DNA of 64,000 nucleotides from a virus. Below are positions 9,374 to 19,272 of the stretch, piece by piece. The stretch covers positions 1 through 64,000 of IMG/VR virus record IMGVR_UViG_3300034175_000062. One strand, written 5' to 3'. Position 1 is the stretch's first letter, and every line of letters begins with the position of its first letter. The notes beneath the pieces were generated by a model. The model saw nothing but the letters and a program-made list of their open reading frames with translations. It did not search any database and was not told where the DNA came from. The translations under genes and the position numbers were made by a program.

Positions 9374-12013
9374 ATGTTAGTAGCTATCGTAGACCTGTTG
9401 GGGTCTCCGTATGACGGCAGCACGCTTGTTCAGCGTGGGCTAGGTGGTTCAGAATCAGCAGTTATCTCTATTGCACGTGAGCTGGTTAAGGCTGGCCTGT
9501 ACGTAGACGTATATAATGACTGTACCTCTATGGATGCCACACCAGGTAATTATGGCGGCGTCTATTACAATGATCGTAATGATCTCAGTAATCCTGATGC
9601 ATATGAGGTGATGATCTCCAGCAGGTCAGTACGTCCATTCCTAGAGCCAAGGGTTAATCCTAAGCAGAAGCGTATCCTATGGATGCATGACACGTTTGCT
9701 GAGGGTGATGGCCAGCTCGAGTCGATGGTAGTCAATGGGTTGATCGATGAGATCTGGACTCTGTCTGACTTCCATACGCAGTATCTAAGCACGTGTGACC
9801 ACGGCCATAAGCGCATGGGTGAAGTACTCAAGCGTAAGATCTGGCAGACTCGTAACGGTGTTCATCTGTACAATGACCACATCGACTTTAAGAATAAGAA
9901 CCCTAATCGGTTCGTATGGAACGCCGCGACTAACAAAGGACTCGCGGTCCTACTGAATAGTGTCTGGCCACGTGTTCGTGAGCTCATTCCAACTGCTCAG
10001 CTCGATGTCATCGGCGGCTACTACAAGCTAAAGGGTGCGGCTGACGTCCAACAGCAAGAGTGGGACCTGCTCAAGAAGATGCACGCTGGTAAAGATGGCG
10101 TATGTTTTACTGGAGTCATACCGCAGGATGAGGTCGCATCTTATCTAGAGTTCGCTTCGTTCTTCATCTATCCCCAGGCGCTGCCGGAAACTTTCGGCAT
10201 CAGCACACTCGAAGCACTTGCTAATGGTGTGACTCCGATTACCGGACGCTTCGGTGCTCTCGAAGAGATAGCTATCGAAGAAGCCAGCTACCTGATGGAC
10301 TACCCAGCTGTTTCAAACACGCTCTACTCGTTTAACGATGAAGCTCATATTCAAGCCTTCGTAAACTTAGTAGTGAGCGCTTGGGATGACCAATACCTCT
10401 GGGCGCAGAAAGCAAATAAAGCGCTATCCGTTCGAGATATCTGCACGTGGGATACTATCGCCCTTCAGTGGAAGCAGCATCTCTATAATATCACTGGTCG
10501 ATACTTGCCGGTTGACGAATACCGCAAAGTTACTGAGATCAATCAACGCGTAAAGGAGGTCTTCAACACAAAGTGGAGCAATCCTGAAGAGCGTACAGTC
10601 AACGTTAGTGACCGTTTCCAAACTTGGTTCCAGGTCGTTGTCCCGTTTCGTAATGCTGAGAAGTGGATCCGTCGCTGTATCGAGTCTATCGTAGCTCAGG
10701 ACTACGAAGCATATGAAGTCACCCTGATCGCCGATGATCCGACTGATGACTCCATTGCTATCGCTGAATCAGCTATCGCGGCTCTTCCAGATCGTATTCG
10801 TCATGGCTTTACTCTAACCAAGAACTCTAAGAGTGTCGGTGCACTATCTAATCAGTGTCGTGCTATCGAGTACTTCACTGAAGAAGAGGTAGTCGTTCTT
10901 ATTGATGGTGATGATCGGCTTGCCAACGACCCTCATATTTTTAGTCGTCTAAATAGGCTATATAAGAATGGAGGTAGGTTCACCTACGGCAGTAGCTGGT
11001 CTGATGCTGACAACATTCCACTGATCGCTCAGGCATATCCACCGAATGTTCTTAAAGAGAGGACGTACCGTGACTACAAGTTCGCCTGGAACGTTCCGTA
11101 CACGCATCTTCGCACTTTTGAAGCTTCACTATATCACCGCTGCGATAAGTCTCTGCTTACTGATGAGTCTGGTGCTTTTCATCGTGCTGGGGGTGATACC
11201 GCCTTATTCTACGCGCTTATGGACGTTGTTGAGCCCGACGGCATCCGTGTTGTCAGAGACATTCTCTACCATTATAACGATATGAACCCTGAGAATGACT
11301 ACAAGATCAACTCAGAAGAACAAACAAGGACCGCAAATAAAGCTATGTCACAAAGAATAGATGATCGTACTGACAGCATTAACAATCAATACGAAGACTC
11401 GTTTCATCACAGTGATACGGTCAAGAAGATTCTGATCGCTATTCCTACGGCTAATGGGATCCACCCCGAGACCTTCAAAGCTATCTACGATCTTGATATT
11501 CCAGTCGGCTACAAAGCAGATTTTCAGTTCTTCTATGGGTACTGCGTCGATCAAGTCAGGAATCTGATCGCTGACTGGGTAGTTAGGGGATACGACTATC
11601 TGTTCTCTGTCGACTACGACATGGAGTTCCAGCCAGACACGCTACGTAAGCTTATCGAAGCTGATAAGGATATTGTATCTGGTCTATATCGTCAGCGTAA
11701 GGAAGAGGTCATCTATGAGGCATACACACTAATCAGTGCTGGCAGTCATATTAACCTACGTCCGGGTATGCTGAATACCGAAACGCTCACTAGGTGTAGT
11801 GCAGTTGGTCTTGGATGCGCTCTTATCAAGAAAGAAGTATTCGTAGAAATCGGATATCCTCAGTTCAAATACCATCATGCACTATTGATGGAGCACACCA
11901 AGTCTGAGGATGTCGACTTCTGTGAGAAGGCTACCGCTAAAGGCTTCAGTATCTGGCTAGATCCGGCTGTGGTATGCAACCACTGGGGTAAGACATCATT
12001 TAACGTTGCATAA
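9374..12013 (+). CDS. three-domain glycosyltransferase (GT-B/GT4-like + GT-A/GT2 + GT-A)
   Basis: LGGSE, WMHD, ETFGISTLEA (GT4); VVVPFRNAEKW, LIDGDD (GT2); ILIAIP, SVDYD, GLGCALIK, SEDVDFC (GT-A). Confidence 0.88.
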   Translation: MLVAIVDLLGSPYDGSTLVQRGLGGSESAVISIARELVKAGLYVDVYNDCTSMDATPGNYGGVYYNDRNDLSNPDAYEVMISSRSVRPFLEPRVNPKQKRILWMHDTFAEGDGQLESMVVNGLIDEIWTLSDFHTQYLSTCDHGHKRMGEVLKRKIWQTRNGVHLYNDHIDFKNKNPNRFVWNAATNKGLAVLLNSVWPRVRELIPTAQLDVIGGYYKLKGAADVQQQEWDLLKKMHAGKDGVCFTGVIPQDEVASYLEFASFFIYPQALPETFGISTLEALANGVTPITGRFGALEEIAIEEASYLMDYPAVSNTLYSFNDEAHIQAFVNLVVSAWDDQYLWAQKANKALSVRDICTWDTIALQWKQHLYNITGRYLPVDEYRKVTEINQRVKEVFNTKWSNPEERTVNVSDRFQTWFQVVVPFRNAEKWIRRCIESIVAQDYEAYEVTLIADDPTDDSIAIAESAIAALPDRIRHGFTLTKNSKSVGALSNQCRAIEYFTEEEVVVLIDGDDRLANDPHIFSRLNRLYKNGGRFTYGSSWSDADNIPLIAQAYPPNVLKERTYRDYKFAWNVPYTHLRTFEASLYHRCDKSLLTDESGAFHRAGGDTALFYALMDVVEPDGIRVVRDILYHYNDMNPENDYKINSEEQTRTANKAMSQRIDDRTDSINNQYEDSFHHSDTVKKILIAIPTANGIHPETFKAIYDLDIPVGYKADFQFFYGYCVDQVRNLIADWVVRGYDYLFSVDYDMEFQPDTLRKLIEADKDIVSGLYRQRKEEVIYEAYTLISAGSHINLRPGMLNTETLTRCSAVGLGCALIKKEVFVEIGYPQFKYHHALLMEHTKSEDVDFCEKATAKGFSIWLDPAVVCNHWGKTSFNVA

Positions 12014-12052
12014 ATATAAGAACAGATAACAACTTAAACGGTACTATAACTA

Positions 12053-12931
12053 ATGGCTCTACGCGATCTCGTCCGCTGCTCTGTAGTCGGAACTCCAGGC
12101 ACCGGTCCTATCACAATCGGCAATCCTGACGCGGATGCACTCTCATTCGAACTAGCTGGCGTCTTTAACGGTGAATATGTTACCTATGGCGTATCAGATG
12201 GAAACGCTCGTGAGATTGGTGTTGGTCAGTATAACACTACCACTAAGGTTCTAACGCGAGTTAAGGTTCGCAAGTCAACTTCTGCTGACACGATTCTCAA
12301 TCTTTCGGCAGCTGCTAAAGTCTTCCTTACATCTACTTCTACTGAGTCATCATTCCTTAATTACAACTACATGCCAGGGCGCTACTACACGCCAGGCAGC
12401 TGGGTCGCAACGTCCGGCGCCACCACGGCTGTAGGTCTTACAATCTTTCGCGGAGTTCAGTTCCGAGCTCCTATGAGAGCTGTATCTACCGCTACTAGGG
12501 TTGCTACCGCTCAGGCAGGTGGCTTATACCGCTATGGACTTTATGCAAGTGATCCAAAATGGTTTGCTCCAGTTGGAGCTCCAATCTTTGAGTACGAAGC
12601 CAACGGAGCAAACGCCTCGGTTATGCAAGAAATTGCATGTGATGTATTCATCGATACAGGACTCTACTTCCAAGCTTTTCAATCTAGTAACGCATCTATC
12701 ATATTATCTGGTGGTGGTATGAGCATGTGGGATACACACGGCTTCCGCGCTACTAACACTCTTCAGTTTAGTTCTACAGGATCATTCTATAAGCTTCCGA
12801 CTACGACTGGTGTCTACAGTACACTGCCGGTTCTTAACTCAACCTTTACTGGCGTTCCGGCTAACGACGCAGGTCTTGATACCGGACAAGATAATCGCGC
12901 CGGTATCGGTATTCAGTTTAAAGCTGGTTAA
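12053..12931 (+). CDS. putative virion/fibre-associated protein
   Basis: N-terminus (GTGPITIG...YGVSDGNAREIGVGQY...LNLSAAAKVFLT) resembles fibre N-terminal modules of alphaproteobacterial phages; CATAAATA late-type box near 12009. Confidence 0.6.
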   Translation: MALRDLVRCSVVGTPGTGPITIGNPDADALSFELAGVFNGEYVTYGVSDGNAREIGVGQYNTTTKVLTRVKVRKSTSADTILNLSAAAKVFLTSTSTESSFLNYNYMPGRYYTPGSWVATSGATTAVGLTIFRGVQFRAPMRAVSTATRVATAQAGGLYRYGLYASDPKWFAPVGAPIFEYEANGANASVMQEIACDVFIDTGLYFQAFQSSNASIILSGGGMSMWDTHGFRATNTLQFSSTGSFYKLPTTTGVYSTLPVLNSTFTGVPANDAGLDTGQDNRAGIGIQFKAG

Positions 12932-12935
12932 AGCG

Positions 12936-13499
12936 TTACTTCCACTTAGGTCCTTCAATCCAGCTGACGAGAGACATACGCTCTCCTGAAGTCACTGGTA
13001 GGACTCGGTGCATATAGAACGATGGGAAGATAAGCACTGAACCACGCTTCTTGAACGTTTCAGGCGGGTTTGGTGCACCCATGAATTCGAAGTCGCCTCC
13101 TTCATAGTCAGCAGGATCACTCAGCTGAACTACGATAGAGAGCTTACGATCATACGGAGATGGGTTCTCGAAGAATACGTCATGGTGCCAATCGTACTTT
13201 CCTTTAGCCGTTCCATGATACTCGGTGAACTGAATCTCGTTCATCTCGGTAACATCAAAGCCAAAGTTAGTACGATTGGACTTCTTGATGAATTGCATCA
13301 GTAGCGAAGCGACATCAGAGTCATCGCCATCAGTATCCAACCATCGAATGGTTGAAGATCGGTAAGAGTTTACTGCGGGACCATCGGGATCAAATCCGAT
13401 GGTCGCTTCGCGTGAGGGTCTAGCCTTACCCTTTTCGATGATATAGTCACATTGCTCAGGCGTAACTGCTTCAGCCCAAACTTCCCACAAATTCTTCAT
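12936..13499 (-). CDS. 2OG-Fe(II) oxygenase (prolyl-hydroxylase-like/PKHD type)
   Basis: YDWHHD (HxD), RKLSIVVQL, YEGGDF, FPSFYMHRV, R.SLVSW. Confidence 0.92.
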   Translation of the reverse strand: MKNLWEVWAEAVTPEQCDYIIEKGKARPSREATIGFDPDGPAVNSYRSSTIRWLDTDGDDSDVASLLMQFIKKSNRTNFGFDVTEMNEIQFTEYHGTAKGKYDWHHDVFFENPSPYDRKLSIVVQLSDPADYEGGDFEFMGAPNPPETFKKRGSVLIFPSFYMHRVLPVTSGERMSLVSWIEGPKWK

Positions 13500-13510
13500 T
13501 ACTTACTCAC

Positions 13511-15745
13511 TTATTTAATAAGCGCCCTTAGTTCCTTAATAGCTTCAACTAGGAGCGGGACTAGCTTTGCGTAGTCCAGTGTCATATACTGTGCATCGAT
13601 AGGAGCCGGACGGATAACCTCTGGCATGATGCTGTTCACTTCTTGAGCAGACAGACCAACATGTGTAACATCACCATCATAACCGAGATCAATAGCGGTC
13701 TGATTAGGACGGTAATAGAATCCATTCAGCGACTCAATCTTATCGAGTGCATTGTCAATCTTATTTAGACGTGTTTTCAGACGGTCATCTGAATAGAAGG
13801 CTATGATATCATTGGTCGCGTAGATCGTACCAGCCGCACCAAGAGGCGAAATAGGTCCAACCGCTAGCGTGTTAACCTGAGCATTAGAGTTAGTTGAGAA
13901 GCCGCCTGGGATACCCTGAATACCCTGCGGACCTTGAGGACCGAGCGGACCAGTTGGACCCGTAGGACCCTGAGGACCAGTCGGCCCAGACGGACCAACA
14001 CCACCCTGAATACCCTGGCCACCTTGTGAACCAACATAGCCGGTCGGACCAATCGGACCAACAGGGCCTACGGGACCAGTCGGACCTGTGAAGCCTTGTG
14101 GACCAAGCGGACCAGTTGGGCCTAGAGGACCAGTAGCGCCAAGCGAACCAGTATATCCAAGTGGACCGAGTGGACCTACAGGACCAGCGATGCCCTGAAT
14201 ACCCTGCGGACCTTGAGGACCTAGTCCACCAATGGATCCATTGTAGCCAGTTGGACCAAGAGGTCCCACAGGGCCAGTAGGGCCAGAGATGCCCTGGATA
14301 CCCTGAATGCCGGTAGAACCATTGTATCCAGTAGGACCGATAGGACCATTAGGACCGACAGGACCAGTACCGCCGCGCGAGCCGGTGTATCCCTGAGGAC
14401 CAATACCGACTGGCTGCCAAGAGCCGTCACCTCGTAGATATGTTTCTGTGTTAGCTACACCGATACCTAGACGAAGTGCTGGTACGACACCAGAGGTGAT
14501 ACGAGCCGCGTCCATCGAACCAGAAGTAAGTGTTCCGCTTAGTGCTAGGTTACTAGCCTGCACATCACCGGCGATAACTGATCCAGTCGTCTGGACACCA
14601 GTTGATGTCAACTGACTCCATGCTGTGGTATTACCAGTACGAACCAGACCACTAATGATTGAAGTACCAGCACCGACAGTAACGTTGTTAGCGATAACAG
14701 TCGGGGTATTCACACCACCGTTTAGATTAGATGCAAAGCTGACGTTAAGAGTATTTGATACATACGCATCGATAGCATATAGAGTCCAACGCTTGTTGAC
14801 CACACCCAGTGCATATGCGTTAGTCGCTGGGATGAAGTCACCAGTCGAAGTACCAGTAACGACTAGGTTACCAGCCGAGATGATGTCTCCACCAACTCGT
14901 AGAGTTCCCTGAACGTTAGCTGATGCTAGAGTCGCAAGACCGGTAGTAAGAATGAATCCACTACCAATCATGGTAGTACCGGCACCAGTCGAAACTGAGA
15001 CGCCCGCCGCATTAATACCGCCAGCAAATGATGCTAGGTTAGCAACGTATAGAGTATTACCAACCGTAGTAGCACCATTCGAGAAGAAGATGTTACTGAA
15101 CGAGGCAATACCAACTACGTTCATAGTACCAGAAACAGTAACGTTACCGGTAGCGTTCACTAGGTTAGCTAGTGTGCTTACTCCAGTGACGCTAATTGTG
15201 TTTGCGATACTTACTGAGCCGCCAATGTTGACATTAGCTGCAGTGTTGATCGTAACGGCTGAGATCTGAGTATTGACGGTAGTGTTACCGACAGTGATCT
15301 GTGCAGGACCAACAATCGTATTACCAGTTGCAAAGCTGGTCGTATTAACACTACTGATACCGAGCGAGATAGCCGTTGAATTTGCAACAAGATTACCAAG
15401 GCGGAGATCAGTTACGTCTAGCCTGGTATTAGCACCAAGTGAGATAGACGTCGCGTTAACTGTCGTCTGACTAAGGGGTGCTTTGACCGCAATAGTGGTA
15501 GTCGTTACAGATACGTTAGAGTTTGAAACACCAACAGTGACATTTGATGTAGCGATAGCAACATTAAGCGTGGTGATAGCTGTAAGTGCTACGTTGCCGG
15601 TTACATTAGCAGTACCGGTGACTGCAAGATTAGCATCTGGGTTAGCATTGTTAATGCCGACCTTACCAGTTCCACCCTTCGCTACGATAAGTGTACCGTT
15701 AGCGATTACGCCATTCTTAGCTACGAATTCTTTATCTAGTGCCAT
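13511..15745 (-). CDS. tail fibre with collagen-like Gly-X-Y region and C-terminal S74 intramolecular chaperone
   Basis: About 170-aa GPxGPxG/GYxGS run; C-terminus SDDRLK...GLSAQEV...[16 protein letters not shown]. Confidence 0.88.
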   Translation of the reverse strand: MALDKEFVAKNGVIANGTLIVAKGGTGKVGINNANPDANLAVTGTANVTGNVALTAITTLNVAIATSNVTVGVSNSNVSVTTTTIAVKAPLSQTTVNATSISLGANTRLDVTDLRLGNLVANSTAISLGISSVNTTSFATGNTIVGPAQITVGNTTVNTQISAVTINTAANVNIGGSVSIANTISVTGVSTLANLVNATGNVTVSGTMNVVGIASFSNIFFSNGATTVGNTLYVANLASFAGGINAAGVSVSTGAGTTMIGSGFILTTGLATLASANVQGTLRVGGDIISAGNLVVTGTSTGDFIPATNAYALGVVNKRWTLYAIDAYVSNTLNVSFASNLNGGVNTPTVIANNVTVGAGTSIISGLVRTGNTTAWSQLTSTGVQTTGSVIAGDVQASNLALSGTLTSGSMDAARITSGVVPALRLGIGVANTETYLRGDGSWQPVGIGPQGYTGSRGGTGPVGPNGPIGPTGYNGSTGIQGIQGISGPTGPVGPLGPTGYNGSIGGLGPQGPQGIQGIAGPVGPLGPLGYTGSLGATGPLGPTGPLGPQGFTGPTGPVGPVGPIGPTGYVGSQGGQGIQGGVGPSGPTGPQGPTGPTGPLGPQGPQGIQGIPGGFSTNSNAQVNTLAVGPISPLGAAGTIYATNDIIAFYSDDRLKTRLNKIDNALDKIESLNGFYYRPNQTAIDLGYDGDVTHVGLSAQEVNSIMPEVIRPAPIDAQYMTLDYAKLVPLLVEAIKELRALIK

Positions 15746-15775
15746 TGCTGGTTCCCTTTCCCCTAGGCTTTTTCG

Positions 15776-15783
15776 TATTTATA
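15776..15783 (-). promoter_or_regulatory. T4-type late promoter TATAAATA
   Basis: Exact TATAAATA on the minus strand about 30 nt upstream of the fibre gene. Confidence 0.75.
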
Positions 15784-15785
15784 AC

Positions 15786-16412
15786 TTAGGTAGCCACAAC
15801 CGTTCGTGCGATGTTGATCTGCAGCGGAGCAGACTGTGGTGAACCAACTAGACGGACGATGCCACCTGAGATATCAGCCCTGAACGTAATAAGGTTGCTC
15901 GACGTAGATAGAGTAGCATACTCAGTCGTAAACGTCGTGTTACCATTGTGAACTAGAAGCAGCTCGGTTGCCTGATACTCACCGTAGAATGTATCAGTGA
16001 TAGATACCACATACTTAGCTGAACGATAGGTAGCTGCTGGGAACGTATCTACGACGACCTCAGATGCGCTATTAGCGATCAGTGCGCGAGACCCAGTAGA
16101 TACACTGATCGAGTTAGCTCCAACAGTCACACCAGAATCAAATCGATTAGTGTTAGCCGAAAACACGGTGTTGCTAGTTACGGTTAGAACACCTGTCGAT
16201 AGAGTGTTACCACCACGTAGTTCAGTTGCAACTACAGTGTTAGCACCAAACGCGCCAATAACATAGCCTACGCCAGTTGTTACTGCACCATTGGCTGAGT
16301 TGTTAGCCGTTACGACTTCAGTGTTGCATAGGTTGACTAGACCATTCGTCTTAACGATCCATGAATAGAATGTGTCAGCATTCGTATCGATACTCGGTAG
16401 TTGCTTAGCCAT
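15786..16412 (-). CDS. virion structural protein
   Basis: DTFYSWIVKTN N-terminus and YRSAKYVV..YQATELLLVHNG..TEYA module typical of T4-like cyanophage-type structural proteins. Confidence 0.7.
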   Translation of the reverse strand: MAKQLPSIDTNADTFYSWIVKTNGLVNLCNTEVVTANNSANGAVTTGVGYVIGAFGANTVVATELRGGNTLSTGVLTVTSNTVFSANTNRFDSGVTVGANSISVSTGSRALIANSASEVVVDTFPAATYRSAKYVVSITDTFYGEYQATELLLVHNGNTTFTTEYATLSTSSNLITFRADISGGIVRLVGSPQSAPLQINIARTVVAT

Positions 16413-16605
16413 CTCTTCCGTCCAGTTTAGTTTGTAGGTCTATGACAAGACGCTCTAGTCGTTCTACACGCTCTACGAGCTCTCTGTCTTGTTGTGCTTT
16501 GGCTCGAGCAGCAAGATACTGCTCGAGTTCACCTGTGTTAGTATTTAGTATCGCACCTGACTTCTCATCGTAGACGTATCCAGCTGAGCTAGTCCTCTTC
16601 AACAT
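16405..16605 (-). CDS. small coiled-coil hypothetical protein
   Basis: D..SGAILNTN motif; translationally coupled within the late operon. Confidence 0.65.
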   Translation of the reverse strand: MLKRTSSAGYVYDEKSGAILNTNTGELEQYLAARAKAQQDRELVERVERLERLVIDLQTKLDGRDG

Positions 16606-19223
16606 TATGCAGAAACTCCGACTGCCCTGATGTTGTCTACCTTAGGCACGATTGATGCATTGTTAGACGTCATGACCAGCTTGATCTGGAAGGTGTTGTA
16701 AGTATCGAACTTCGACATAGCCGAGTTGTAGTACCTGACGATGTTGCTGTTACCCTTGTTGGTGAATGCCTGATATGGGAATCCGATCTCAGTGTTAGCA
16801 CCATTCGCCTTACGACCAATAAGATCGATCTTAAAGCCGGTGCCCGCGTAGCTAGCTCCAACAATAGGATCCGCAATCGTGATCTGAGTGTTATTAGCGA
16901 CAGCAGTTACGACAGATACCAGATAGTTCTGTGGGAACAGAGCTGAGTAGACCTTGACAACGTCATTGACCTTCAGATCATTAGTGAAAGTCGTTGATAG
17001 ACCCACAATGTTAGCTGAGCTGATAGTAGTCGTTACATCGCCAGAGATCGTGTTAACACTCGTTAGCTGACTTCCAAGACTGAAGGTGTACTCCTTGATG
17101 TCGTTCACGTTGGTTAGTGAACTGTATACACCAGCATTGTTAGACGTCAGATTGAGAAGTGTCCAATCCTTATCTTCGAATGCGTCAGGGTCTGTCCTGT
17201 TGTGTAGACGAGCATATGCCTTAACATCAGTACCAGCTGGACGATGAGCATCGACATAAACAACGATATCTTCAGCGTTACGGCTCTCAGCAAAGGTTAC
17301 CTTGGTGCTGATATGGCGAGCTAGTGCCTTACCTTGACCCTTGATCTCGCCGGTTACGTCATTGTTGATGATGTACTTGTAGTTGTACACATCATCTGTT
17401 GTAACCATTGGAAGCGAGAATGCATTGTTCGAAGTAATAGAAACTTCAAGAAGGCTCGAAGTCTGCACTGCAGTATTTACAACTGCATTGTTAGCTACGG
17501 TGATAGTCACATTGCCTGGTGTCATAACTTCATTAGAACGTGAAGCTAGAACATAGATACGACCATCGTTTACCTGAAGATCAAATGCATCATTGTTGGT
17601 GAATACATCGACTTCACGCTTCATAGCCGGTGAGTTCACCTGGATGAGGTGCTCTTGGCCTGGCATGACGTAGTAAGGATAGTGCTGGAACATGCGATAG
17701 GTGTTAGACTGATCGCTCTTGATGTGACAGTGTGGATAGTTCCTGTGGATGTTCACGTTAGTTACAACGGTATTACCGAATGCAGCATTTGAACTCTCAC
17801 TACGAAGAACCGAACCAACCTCAACCTGAAGGTTAGCGCCAGTGCCAGCCGTTGTGGTAAGTGAAAGAACTACGTTTGAAGTCAGACCAAAACCAGCGTT
17901 TCTGAACGAGATGCCAGTGATAGAACCTGATCCATTGGTCACTACGTTAGCGGTAGCATTTGCATACGACGGCAGGTAGTTGATATGAGCTGGGTTAGCA
18001 GTGTTTGCATTAACTACAGGATAGATGTTGATGACATCATTGTTACTGTAGCCAGTACCACCCTGAGCGATAGTTACACTCTGTACCATGTTGTTACAGA
18101 AGCGGACAGTCGAGTTAGCATTGGTATCGACTAGAGTCAGCATGTCGACCTTACGGCCTACGAACTGATCCATCGTGCTACCGTTCCACCAACGACCATC
18201 GTACCAGTGAAGTGACGCATTGTTGAGCTTGCCGACAGCGGTTACCGAGAAGGTAGCACTGTTGTTGCTGAAGCTTGGCAGACGATCAAGCATGATCTCT
18301 GTGTTCGACACGAGACGCACAACCTCACGGACATTAACCTGTACGCTTGGACCTACACCATTACGAAGAACGATATAGCTCTTCTGGTTGATCTCCGGCT
18401 TGTCATCAGTTGGGCTCTGTCCAAAGACAGCAGTCGGAGTGATGAGCTGCGAGAAGTTAATGCTGCCAGTAGCAAATACACTCAGATTTGACGAGTTAAC
18501 CTGAACTGCACCATATGCTACAGGAGTCTCTTGGAAGATCATCTCACCGACGCCTGGAACAGTCCTGTTCTTAGTCGCATAGTGATAACGATCATACACG
18601 ATAAACTCGGTAGGATCTGCTGGTAAAAGATACGTGGTAGTGATCTGGTTGTCAGTAATAGCAGCTGAATACACAGCAGCACGAACTACGAACTTCAGAT
18701 CGACATTGTTGATAGCCTTCCACTGGTCAGACAGAGTCGTGCCAGGGTTGTAAGACGAATCGATGACAGAAGCATACTCGTAGTAGTGACCTACGTTACG
18801 AGCGGTAGCACCACTGGTCGGCGAGTTAGTTCCGACAATAAGCTCACCTTCACGACACTTCCAAAGCTCGTAGTCTTCGTCGCCGTCATAAGACACACCC
18901 AGTGCATACGACTGGTTGGTCTTGACGATCAGAGGCTTCATGAAGTTGAAGGTAGATGGAATAGACGCATCTGCGCTTGCAAGGATTGAGTTGTACTCAA
19001 GACGAGCAGTACCAGTCTCTAGAACTGCTGCTGAGTTAGGTACATCATCGTCGCGCGTCTGCATGAGGTAGACGGTAACACCAGGCTGCTTAATGCCTGA
19101 GCGGTTAGCTGTCTCCAGTGGCTTCTTCTTAAAGTACACATCGATACTTGTAAGAGTAACATGCTCAGCGTCTCTCACGGACGATTTATCAATGTAGAAC
19201 GTCTGGGCTAGTTTGAAAGCCAT
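16605..19223 (-). CDS. large virion structural protein (baseplate-associated)
   Basis: LAQTFYID, LTSIDVYF, DLKFVV, FQIKLVM..PKVDNIRAV motifs of cyanophage-type VrlC/DUF4815-associated proteins. Confidence 0.7.
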   Translation of the reverse strand: MAFKLAQTFYIDKSSVRDAEHVTLTSIDVYFKKKPLETANRSGIKQPGVTVYLMQTRDDDVPNSAAVLETGTARLEYNSILASADASIPSTFNFMKPLIVKTNQSYALGVSYDGDEDYELWKCREGELIVGTNSPTSGATARNVGHYYEYASVIDSSYNPGTTLSDQWKAINNVDLKFVVRAAVYSAAITDNQITTTYLLPADPTEFIVYDRYHYATKNRTVPGVGEMIFQETPVAYGAVQVNSSNLSVFATGSINFSQLITPTAVFGQSPTDDKPEINQKSYIVLRNGVGPSVQVNVREVVRLVSNTEIMLDRLPSFSNNSATFSVTAVGKLNNASLHWYDGRWWNGSTMDQFVGRKVDMLTLVDTNANSTVRFCNNMVQSVTIAQGGTGYSNNDVINIYPVVNANTANPAHINYLPSYANATANVVTNGSGSITGISFRNAGFGLTSNVVLSLTTTAGTGANLQVEVGSVLRSESSNAAFGNTVVTNVNIHRNYPHCHIKSDQSNTYRMFQHYPYYVMPGQEHLIQVNSPAMKREVDVFTNNDAFDLQVNDGRIYVLASRSNEVMTPGNVTITVANNAVVNTAVQTSSLLEVSITSNNAFSLPMVTTDDVYNYKYIINNDVTGEIKGQGKALARHISTKVTFAESRNAEDIVVYVDAHRPAGTDVKAYARLHNRTDPDAFEDKDWTLLNLTSNNAGVYSSLTNVNDIKEYTFSLGSQLTSVNTISGDVTTTISSANIVGLSTTFTNDLKVNDVVKVYSALFPQNYLVSVVTAVANNTQITIADPIVGASYAGTGFKIDLIGRKANGANTEIGFPYQAFTNKGNSNIVRYYNSAMSKFDTYNTFQIKLVMTSNNASIVPKVDNIRAVGVSA

Positions 19224-19272
19224 TTAGATCTCTCCTAAGGGGTTGAATTATTTATGCTGTCCCAGCGATCCC

